The translations under genes and the position numbers were made by a program. Shown piece by piece: positions 52,642-64,000 of a stretch of 64,000 nt of DNA (the first letter of the stretch is position 1; each line of letters starts with the position of its first letter). The stretch is from Lama guanicoe. Lineage: Eukaryota. The notes below the pieces were generated by a model. The model saw only the letters and a program-made list of their open reading frames with translations, did not search any database and was not told the DNA's origin. The stretch is taken from assembly GCA_013239625.1 (NCBI GenBank), contig MU053418.1, positions 248,001-312,000 of the forward strand, read 5' to 3'.

Positions 52642-53005
52642 GAAGTCTTATTCAGCCGTAAAAAAGAAAATCGTGCTGTATGAGAACACTGATAGACCTT
52701 GAGGGCATTAGGCTAAGTGAAGTAAGTCAGTGAAGGACAAATACTGTATGTTCTCATCTATATGTGGAATCTAAAAATAACTAACTCAGGAACAGAGTGT
52801 AGAATGGTGGTTGCTGGAGCTGAAAGTTTGGTGGGGGTGGTGGGGAGATGCTGGTCAAAGGGTACATAAGATGAGTAAGTTACATGGGTCTAAGGTAGAG
52901 CATGGGGACTATCCAGTCAAGAACATTGTATACTTAAAATTTGCTGTGAGAGCCCAGCTTCATTGTTCACACATAACAACAAAATGGTAATTAATGTTAA
53001 CAATA
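48980..53005 (+). mobile_element. LINE-1 with GC-rich 5' region, ORF1 remnant, internally deleted ORF2 and 3' UTR
   Basis: GC-rich 5' segment 49000-49750, ORF1-like 49800-51380, jump to ORF2 C-terminal region at ~51750, 3' UTR to ~53000; (AC)n at 52599-52638. Confidence 0.8.
49913..50592 (+). mobile_element. Younger L1 3' end inserted in L1 ORF1
   Basis: Same family as 18480-19140; TSD ATGCTCAGAGA at 49902-49912 and 50593-50603. Confidence 0.9.
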
Positions 53006-53009
53006 TGTA

Positions 53010-53740
53010 GGGAACCCTCCTACACTTCTGGTGGGAATGTAGTTTGGTGCAGCCATTATAGAAAATAGGATGGAGATTCCTCAAAATCTAAAAATAGACC
53101 TACCATATGATTCAGCAATCCCACTTCCTGATATATATCTGGAGGGAACTCTAATGTGTAAAGACACATGCACCCCAATGTTCATAGCAGCACTATATAC
53201 AATAGCCAAGATGGAAGCAACCTAAATGTCTATCAACAGATGACTGGATAAAGAAGTTATGGTATATTTGTATAAATATGGAATAATACTCAGCCATAAA
53301 AAAGAATAAAATAATGCCATATGAAGCATCATGGATAGACCTAGAGATCGTTATTTTAAGTGAAGTAAGCCAGAAAGAGAAAAAATACCATATGATATCA
53401 CTCATATTTGGAGTCTTAAAAAAAAGAATTAAAAAAGGACACTATAAACTCACCTACAACACAGAACCAGACTTGCAGACAAGGTAAACAATCTTATAGG
53501 TACTGGAAAAGGGGGTGGGAAGGATAAACTTGGGAATGTTAGCCACTATATATAAAAATATATTTTTTAAGTTTCTTCTGTATAGCACAGGGAACTATGT
53601 TCAAAATCTTGTAATAACCGTTAATGAAAAAGAATATGAAAATGAATATATGTCTGTATATGCATGACTGGGACATTGTGCTGTATACCAGAAATTGACA
53701 CATTGTAATTGACTGCACTTCAATTAAAAAAGAATAAATA
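53010..53740 (+). mobile_element. Younger L1 3' end
   Basis: gggaaccctcctacact... through 3' UTR to cttcaattaaaaaa; same family as 18410-19140. Confidence 0.9.
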
Positions 53741-53934
53741 TTCTACAATGGTTGTAGATTTATTTTAAGACTACATCCAGTCAAATGTATAATTCCCATG
53801 GGAGAAACTACTTCTAAAATACATGGCTATTCATGCACTGGCTGTAGTAGAAACCAGTTTTTGTTTTTGCTTTTGTTGAAGTAGTAAGAATAGTAAGAAT
53901 GAATATCTGTATTCATTACCTAGTCTCCATACCA

Positions 53935-54650
53935 TGCTTACTGAATTGAGACTCGAGGACAGAGTTTTGGATGAAGTAGAAGAGGCAGGTTTATTTCTTT
54001 GCCAGGCAAAGGAGATCACAGTGGGCTAATGCCTCTAAGACTGTGGGCCTGCTGGAGAGAGAAGGCAGGGGGCTTTATAGTAAAAGTTTGTAAGTTCAAG
54101 GGGTAGAACTAGTTTCCATAGAGATTGCATAAAGGGTAACAAATTTTTACAAAGTTTTTTTTTTTTTTTTTTTTTTGGCAGAGGCAGTGCTCCCATTCCC
54201 TCTGCTAAGTATGAAGTTCACCTCTGGTTTTGGGACTCTTTTAATATTCTTCTACTTAGAAGGAAGGATGCATAAGAAGGGGTTGTGTGGGAAAGAGCTC
54301 TAGAGAAAAACTTGGGCAGTTTAAAGTCAGGTTGATAAATGCTTTTAGCTTTTTTAAGCAGGCTGAGGCCTGGACTCTCCTGCAGCTTGAACAACAGGAT
54401 ACAAGGAAACCATAAGGGGTCAAGAGGAGGGCACTGAGGTCAAGAGCAGGGCACTGAGCATAATCCCTGCATGCAGCACCAGCACCACAGAGGGGTTGGG
54501 TGGACCACCCAAGCCTCCCTCCTTTCCAGCCTAACCCTGGTCAGCAAGAGCATGAGAAAAACCTTTTAAACTATTATACAGTTAAGTAGTTACAAACAGC
54601 ATTACAGATATCAGATGGTCACTGATGACAATAGGGTCCTGCTCGGTTAC
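53935..54650 (-). mobile_element. Probable ERV solo LTR directly upstream of the pseudogene promoter
   Basis: gacagagttttggatgaagtagaa...tttatttctttgccaggcaaagg resembles reverse-strand LTR U5/polyA sequence; family uncertain. Confidence 0.55.
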
Positions 54651-54915
54651 AGTTTCTGGCAATCTTCCACATCCCTTGGCTTATAGACACAGTACTCCAA
54701 TCTCTGTCTCCATATTCACATGGCATTCTTCTGTGTCTGTCTCCTCTGTCTTCTCTTCTTACAAGGACACTAGTCTTTGGATTAGGGCTAACCCTAATCC
54801 AGTATGACCTCATTTTAACCTAATTACATCTACCAAGAATCTTCAAACATAGTCACCTTATGATGTTGCAGAGGGACATGAACTTGAAGGCAGGTGGCAC
54901 TATTGTACTCAACAC
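54650..54915 (-). mobile_element. MLT1 LTR fragment
   Basis: tcttacaaggacactagtctttggattagggctaaccctaatccagtatgacctcatttta. Confidence 0.8.
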
Positions 54916-55119
54916 AAAGAACAAACTTAACCACCTTACAACTGTGTAGTTCACCTTTCCAAAATGGTCTCTAAAATCTCCTTTACATCTTATTCTTTTC
55001 AACAGATTCAATCACAAACCCTGCATAGCACTACAATAAACAGTAATTGCAGTGTCTGGCAATCCTGAAAGAATCAGTCTCAGAGAGTTCCAGGACCAAC
55101 CAAGTCAGGAGGGAGAGAG

Positions 55120-55650
55120 CCTCCCCCCCCCCCTCCGCCTTCAGTGTTAATTCTTCAAACCCTCCCTGAGGTTGCAGCGCCCAGGTCTTATGGGAACTAT
55201 AGTCCTGCGTTGTCTTGGCTCACACAGCGCAGGATTCAGGAAGCCCATCTTCCCGCTTGTTCTGCGCATGTGCACTTCGGTCTCCCAGGTGTCTTTCTCC
55301 GTCTTCTGCTTCCTGCGGAGAAAAATCCTGGAACCGCCAGGTCTGCACGCGGTGAGGGATGGGGAGCTGCCCCAGTGAACGTGGCGGGTGTGCCCCAGAG
55401 TCCAGCCCTGGCCGAGGAGTGTCCTCGGTCGCTCGGTGGACGGGTGGGAGGCAGCATTGGGGAGGAGACTTGCAGTGGGATCCCTGGTCAGTGAGCAGCC
55501 AGGGAGGGTCTGGGCGGCCTCTGCCCCGGGGAGGGACGGCAGGTGTCGGGGTGGGTCTGTCAGGGGAAGGGGCAGGCCTTGGCCTTGGGGACCCCGGGGT
55601 GCTGACCCCCGGGAGGCTGCAAAGTCCACGCAACTGCGGCAAGGGGATCG
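55120..55650 (+). promoter_or_regulatory. CpG-rich promoter and exon 1 (donor at 55352) of the KRAB-ZNF pseudogene
   Basis: ZNF143-like TGGGAACTATAGT at 55191-55203; NRF1-type TCTGCGCATGTGCA at 55261-55274; cacgcg|gtgagg donor. Confidence 0.78.
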
Positions 55651-55699
55651 TGAACTTTGTATCCAGGCAGAATCAGGTGTAAATTAATTACCACCAGCA

Positions 55700-56010
55700 G
55701 GATGACTAGGTTTCCTCATCTGTCAAAGGAGAATATTAATATGTGCCACACGGGGTTTTGAGGATTGTTTTACATACGTTTTAAAACTACATACATAAAG
55801 TTGTTGCATATAGCACAGAACTTAGTAGTTAATATTAGCTGATAAGGTGTTTGGAAGATGCTTTGTTCTTTTCGTTAGCTAAATTTTATTTAATGTTCAC
55901 AATAGCCTTTATGTAACTGTTTTCTATTTTGACAAAAAAGGAAACAGCCTCAGAGGCTTCAAGTGCGATACACAAAGTCACACAGCCATAGTATAGACAT
56001 CGAGCCTAAA
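55700..56010. mobile_element. Two MIR fragments in opposite orientation
   Basis: gtttcctcatctgtcaa and ggaaacagcctcagagg...caaagtcacacagc. Confidence 0.6.
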
Positions 56011-58172
56011 ACCAGCATTGTGTTCCCCACATCACCTCCCTCGGGGCACAGGCAGTGTGTGGGCTGAATCTCACTTTGTGGTCATGTATTCTGGGATTTC
56101 TTGGCATCTCAGAACCCTTGGGTCAGATTGCATAATGTCTTGCTTGGACTGCTGCACTGTCCAACCTTCAGCATCCTCGGTGGCCTTAGAGTTTAGACAA
56201 GTGAGTTCTATGAGATTTGGAGCCCTGGGATGAAGCTTCTAAATAAAATGGTTTTGTCCTTTAAGCCTAGGTTCCAGCTCTTTTGGCAGAAAGCAGCTCC
56301 TGTGAAATAAGAAGGGGCCCTCAGGAACAGGAACCTGCCTTGAAGATCATTTTTCTGACCTGAAACTCTCATCATAGCTTCAGAGCAGAGGCAGGAAATT
56401 GTCAGAAAGGAGCAGATTCTGGGTTTACATAGCCTGAAGTAGTGGTCGTTAACCAGCTCACGAATATCACCACATCCAGAAGGCCTCACCGTGATGGTGA
56501 AATGTCTGCACCAAGTTTCAGAAAACAGGTGAGTAGGGCCCTGAGATGGTGGGCAAAGAAATAATAATTTTTTGGAGGGTTTGTGTGGGCATAGTCTGCA
56601 GGGAGAGATCACTAGGCACAGCTTTTAATAAACATACCATGCCTCAAATGCCTCTCTTTCTCCAAATTCTGAGCTGCTCTCATGTGATGTCCGTCATATT
56701 TGCCCTCTAGCCATATGCTCCCACTCCATCCACCTGCCTTCATAGAGTCATAGAATAGGGTCATCTGTGTCTGCTTTACTTCAAAGCTGAGAAACCTTGA
56801 CTGTGAGTGTACAAGTAACCTGCCCAGAATTACCCAGTTTGTTAGTGGTAGAACTAGGTGTAGAGAAAGTCTGTTTATGTTGTAACAGGTAAGTTGCCCA
56901 CCAGGTTCTATTACATTTTAGTTGAAACAAATGTTTAAATAGACCTTTTCCTAAAGGAACTCTTATCCCTTTCTTCAGAGTGATTTCTCTGACTCGAAGG
57001 GTATGTAACTCAGTAGGAATATAAGCAAACAGATATCTTGAGTATTTTTCCTGCAACATTGATCATGAAAAATAATAATTTGTCTTCTGATACAATATTA
57101 TTTGTTAAATTAGTCCTGAGTTGGTTCTAAAAGAAAAATGACATTAATAAATCATAAGGAAGTAAACCCAGTGTTAAATTGATCATGTGAATTCTCCTTC
57201 CACATGGATCTGGCTTATTCATCAGGGGCCAAAGAAATTTTTTCCCACAGAGGGACATTTCACCAGCTGGTAGGCAGAGGGTTTTAGGAAGCTGAATCTC
57301 AAAGATTCATAGCAGCCAGATCTTACCTGACCCACTTGTTTTCTTTTCCCACAGCTGTATGTTCAGCCTTCTCTGTACTTTCCCAAAAGGAACAGAAAAA
57401 GAACAGATCCCAGGAGAGTTGTTTATTTATTCACTTCTCATATTGTCTTCCATTGCAGAAAACAATTAAAGATTAAAATAAAAATTATCAAGGAATATAT
57501 AGAGTTAACAGATCTAAAACAAGGAAAAGTCAACATTTAGTTATATGGAGAGAATCATAATCATTTTATGTTAGTATGTATATTACACATTAAATGATAT
57601 AACTATCATTTTTGTAATAATAATAATGTGCAGATTTATCTCTGATAGTTTGTACAAAAGGAAAATGCTTTGCTTTGAGTATAAGAATCAACAAAAGTAA
57701 TTCTTTGGAACATAAAGACCTCTTGGCCTGAAGTCTGAAAAGAATTTCTTTACCTTAATGAAAGTAAAGTGGTTGAGAGCCTTATTTAATAAGCCTGAAA
57801 TGAATGCTACCTATGTTTTTCTTTTCTGATTGTTCTCTAGTGGGCACAGAAGGCAGGGAGCCAAAGCATAACTCAGTTATGTAAGTTGATTTCCTCTGTC
57901 TGCTTCGTGACATTTCCTTTGTCCTGTTGCCTTTTAGCAACGCTTACCCCGTGTGTTCATCCTTGGTCTCTTTGAATTCTTACCTTACTATTGTTCTTGA
58001 CTGATTTCATACCATGTGAATTTTTAACTATATCAAAAACAATCACTCAAAATTTGAAACTCAAAAGCTGAATTTTGTGCCTATTTAAGTAAGTGAGAGC
58101 TATTACTGGTCAGATGGATTCTCAATAAGCCAAGCAAACTTGATTTTCTATAGGGTTTTTGCAAAGATTTGG

Positions 58173-58625
58173 TGTATTAGTTTCCCGTGGCTGCTGTAAC
58201 AAGTTACTACAAATTTGATGGCCTCAAACAAAGAAATGTCTTCTCTTGCAGTTCTGGAGGCCAGAAGTCTGAAATAAAGGTGTTGTCAGGGCTGCACTCC
58301 TGCCTAAGGTTGTAGAGGAGACTCCATTCCCCATTACACCCTGCTTCTGGTGGCTGATGGGAGAGAGGGAGGAGGTAGAATGGAGAGAATATTAAGATGA
58401 AGAAAAATAAATATTCCTTAAACCCTCTATCAGTCAGGGTTTTCCAGAGAAACAGAACCAATAGTATGTGTGTGTGGGAGGGTGTGTGTTTACAATATAC
58501 ATATAATATGTATGTACACACCCATATATATTCATACATGCACATATTCATTCATCTTAAGGAATTGGCTCATGTGATTGTGGAGGCTGGCAAGTCTAAA
58601 ATTTGTAGGGCAAATTAGTATGCTG
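58173..58625 (-). mobile_element. MLT1 fragment (58173-58360) and MLT2 fragment (~58425-58625)
   Basis: tgtattagtttcccgtggctgctgtaacaagttac; cagggtttccagagaaacagaaccaatag...taaggaattggctcatgtgattgtggaggctggcaagtc. Confidence 0.8.
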
Positions 58626-59519
58626 GAAGCCATCAGTTATAAAAGTATATGGAAGTTAAAAAATAGTACAACTAATATTTGGTACCTAGTTTCTGGTCAC
58701 TAAGTTTGCCTGGCTGCAGATCTCAAATGTCCTAAATGGCAGCAGTGTCAGCATTCCCACAGTCAGCTGTTTCTTCTAAAGCATCATTTATATTCAGTTT
58801 GATTTGACTCCTACTGTAATCACTTTTCACAGCTTTGCTGCTCTTTCATCTTTGTTGGCCATTTTTACAAATGCCTTGTTGCTAAGAGACAAGGAGGCAA
58901 CACAACTACTTGCTTTGCTGTCTGTGTGTGAACTGAGTGATGGATGCACAGCAGCTAGTCACTGGCGGACTGAAAATAAATGACACGGCTGATCATTGTT
59001 CATTATATAAACTTCTGTTATTTTGTATTGATCTGTGGGCTGAAAAAAAAGCAGTGAAGTTTGTATTTAATTCAATTACTCACAGTTACCATAGTAACTA
59101 AAAATCTAACCCATGTTGTCAGGCTGGTGTTATGTAACTAAGTTATGGTAACTGAAATCCATGCATATCAGAGCCATCCAAAGGTGGGCTACCTGTATAG
59201 ACATTCGTACCTACCTATCTATTACCACAAAGTTTTAGATGCTTAAAAGTTCTTCCTGACAAAGTGGGTCATCAGATACTTAGGAGAATTCTTGTGTAAA
59301 GGAATAATCTCAAGATTACACATCATCTATTCCCTGAACAGACCAGAGCATTTTATATCATTAAAGCCCCAATTCTCTCCTGATTTTATGCTATTTGATA
59401 ACCTAGTTTGCATCCATACCAGATTCTAAGCTTCCTGAGGATAAAAACAGTGTTTTGTGTATTTTAATATCCACAGAAACTAGGAATCTTTCACACATAT
59501 AATGTATTTTATGCTTGTG

Positions 59520-60907
59520 TGTAGGAAAGCAAAATCTGTCACCCCAAAATTTGTTTCTTTGGCATGAGGATTAATTTAGGCTGATTAATTTTAAGAAACA
59601 GAAGACTCACGAAGTCTCTTTTTACCTAAAGAATTTAGATATGGAGCCTGTTCCTGGAATAGTGCTATAGCCAGAGATACCTGCAGGTTAGGTGTGGTGG
59701 GAGAAACTCTGCGTAGCCTAGAACCTCTGTGTCCCATCATCTCTGCATGACCCAACAAACATTTGTTCATCAAACATTACTTTTCCATCTCCATGTAAAT
59801 TGCCTTCCTCCCCTTCGAAGTCCAAAATCACTACCCTCAACATCCCCTTTGTGGGAATATAAATTGGTGCAGCCACTTTGCAAAACAGTATGGAGATTCC
59901 TCACAGAACTACCATATGATCCAATTCCACACCTGGGTATGTGCCCTGAAAAAAATGAAAACACTAATTCAAAAAGGTATATGCGTCCCAGTGTTTATAG
60001 CAGCATAATTTACAATAGCCAAGACACGGAAGCAATGCACAAACCCATGAACAGATGCCTGGGTTAAGAAAATATATGTTACTCAGCCATAAAAAAGAAT
60101 GAAATTCTGCCACTTGCAGCAATGTGGATGGACCTAGAGAATGTTATGCTTAGTGAAATAAGTCACATAGAGAAAGACAAATACTGTATGATATCACTAA
60201 TATGTGGAATCTAAAAAATAACACAAGTAAATGTATATGCAAAACTCCAGCAGCCTCACAGATATATCTTGACCTAGAGAATATCCTTCCTTTTGTTAAC
60301 GTGGTCTGTCATATGTTGAACCACTCTTATGACTCTGGAATAAATCCAACTTGGTCTTGTTGTATGATCCTTTTTATATATTGTTGGATTCATTTTGCTA
60401 ATACTTTGTTGAGGATTTTTGCATCCGTAGTCATCAAAGATATTGGCCTGTAATTTTCTTTCTTTGTAGTGTCTTTGTCTAGTTTTGGCATCAAGGTAAT
60501 GGTGGCCTCAGAATGAATTTGGGAGTGTCTCCTCCTCTTCAGTTTTTTGGAATAGTTTGAGATAGGTGTTTGGTAGAATTCCCCTGTGAAGCCATTGGTC
60601 CTGGACTTTGTTTGCTGGGAGTTTTTAAATTACAGATTCAGTTTCACTTCTAGTGATTGCTCTATTCAAATTTTCTGTCTCTTCTTGACTCAGTCTTGGC
60701 AGACTATATGTTTCTAGAAATTGGTCCATATCTTCTAGATTATCCAATTTGTTGTCATGTAACGGTTTCATAGTATTCTCTTATGATTTTTTTAATCTCT
60801 GTGGTATCCAAATTAGAAAGGGAGAGGTAAAACTCTCATATCAATTTAATTCTTAGACCAGCCGGAAGAACCTAGAAGAGTAGAGGACAATTTCTTCCTC
60901 TCTGACA
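59520..60907 (+). mobile_element. MER34-like ERV1 LTR split by nested L1 fragments
   Basis: LTR 5' part 59520-~59848 (tgtagga...caccccaaaat...ctttggcatgaggatta) and 3' part ~60841-60907 (agaacctagaagagtagagga...tctgaca). Between them: L1 3' end (+) ~59850-60270 and L1 ORF2 (-) ~60290-60808. Confidence 0.72.
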
Positions 60908-61055
60908 ACGTTATGCATGAATTAATAAATTAACTGGGTATTTTCACTATGTTTCTATTTCTCCCACCATATATAACACAAAACAGGTATTATGGTAAGC
61001 ATCTTACATACACTTTTTCTAAGTTCACTCAACAGTGAACATGATGAAGAATTAG

Positions 61056-61256
<201 letters not shown>

Positions 61257-61502
61257 TAGAGCTCTTCAAGTAACACCATCAGGCATGTCCTTTCTTTGTT
61301 ACCAAAGCAGATGGGTCTTTTGTAGAGTTTAATGATATTTAGGTTTGGACACCAGGAATATTGTTTGTGTTTTCACCTTCCCTTTGAAAGAGTCCAGTGG
61401 GCCTCTTCATTGTGCATCTCCTGAAGCTGGACCTCAGTTTTTCTTCCGAGTTCCTGAAGCCAGGCAGCTTCTTCTACATCCTGTGTCTCTTTCTAGTATC
61501 AG

Positions 61503-61574
61503 GGCATTGCATTACCAAACCAGAAGAAGCACCATGGATATTAGAGGAAGAATTCGCAAGCCAGTGTTACCCAG
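61503..61574 (+). pseudogene. KRAB-B exon of gene 3 with in-frame 24-nt deletion
   Basis: 72 nt versus 96 in both paralogues; (G)HCITKPEEAPWILEEEFASQCYP lacks the [18 protein letters not shown]; splice sites intact. Confidence 0.9.
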
Positions 61575-62704
61575 GTGAGTAATCCAGGGGAAATTAGATC
61601 CTGCGTTGTTGGTTTAGGTACAGACATCTTTGGAGCATTAAAAAAAAAATCTCTTTAGAGACTCCATCTGTTTGGAAATGACCTAAGGATATTTAGCCTA
61701 CATGACTCAGATGCCTAAATTGACCAGATACACTCTTAGACATAAATGTTTTCTTTTTTGTTTGGCTTTTTAAGAGTTTAATCCCTATTACCTGTACCTT
61801 AAATTTCATTCTTATCTCATAGTAAATATTTTATCTTAGTCTGCTTTTCTCTCACATTCTTAGTTACCCACATTCCCTTCTATCAAGGACTTCTTTTGTT
61901 TATAGGAATTAATTAATTAATTTAACCAGTACTAATTGAGCTCTTGCTCCATGCCAATCATGTTCCAAATGGCAGGGATACAGCGGAGGGTGAACTAAGT
62001 CCCCTGCTCTCAGGGAACTTATATTTTGGCAGGAGAGAGACACAGGAAGCTGACTGCCCTGTGAGGAAATGATTTAGCATGGCAAAAGTAGAAGCGAGCA
62101 GACCAGTCAGGAAGACAGAAAGCACCATTGACTAGGTTTAAGGGGACAGAGCATACAGAGTGATGGTTCTGGGTGCACATTGAAGAGAGAGTTAACAAAA
62201 TTAGCACCAGGACTCTAATCCACCTCCTCTAAACACTTTCTTCCTCTGATAATTTCTTAGAACAACACCTTTGTCTACTTGTTTTCCATGTCATATTTAC
62301 TGCTTAATTCTCTGATTGAACATATCTTACTGTGAATTCCACTCTTTGTGAGTCATCCATTCTTACTGAACCTTTTTTTCTCTATTATGCATGTTTCTTT
62401 CACCCCTTCTATCCATTTTGGAAGGTACATTTGTAAAAGGCCACACAAACATACGTCCATTCATAGCCAACTTTACTCTCCCCTAGTTCAACACATTAGT
62501 TTTGTTTGATTGGTTGATTTATTGTTACCCTTTCCCCTCAGCTTCTCAGAAAAGTGGAGGAAATGGAAAATTTTATTTGGAACTTTTATCTCAAAAGACT
62601 GGTACTAAAACCAAAGAATCAGATAAATAAAGAGCATTTGTGTATTAGCCCAATTTTATAAGTAGTTTAATTCGTAAGGTATGTTTCATTTTCCTTATTT
62701 TTAG

Positions 62705-64000
<1,296 letters not shown>

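Overview
Mammalian genomic DNA, most likely camelid (alpaca/camel/llama). That call rests on two tRNA-Ala-derived SINEs of the camelid Vic-1 type and on seeing no BovB/Bov-tA, PRE1, Alu or B1 elements. The window is part of a KRAB zinc-finger cluster with three paralogous loci. (1) A minus-strand KRAB-ZNF gene of the ZNF33/37A/248 clade: CpG promoter ~21.4-21.96 kb, ATG exon, KRAB-A and KRAB-B exons; its finger exon lies left of the window. (2) An intact plus-strand ZNF248 orthologue: coding exons 29104-29118, 35819-35945, 36223-36318 and 40965-42460, giving 577 aa with 7 intact C2H2 fingers. (3) A plus-strand KRAB-ZNF pseudogene from ~55.26 kb past the window end: start codon lost, one donor lost, finger exon broken by stops and frameshifts, but CpG promoter and open KRAB exons retained. 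The rest is mostly nested interspersed repeats (L1, L2, MIR, MaLR/ERV LTRs, Tigger1, hAT MITEs); family names are from recognition, not a database search, and boundaries are approximate. I found no demonstrably new biological system. The best leads are a possible in-frame rescue of the pseudogene as a ~139-aa KRAB-only protein and a promoter module (ZNF143-like site plus identical NRF1-type 14-mer) shared among the paralogues. Both are hypotheses that need expression data.
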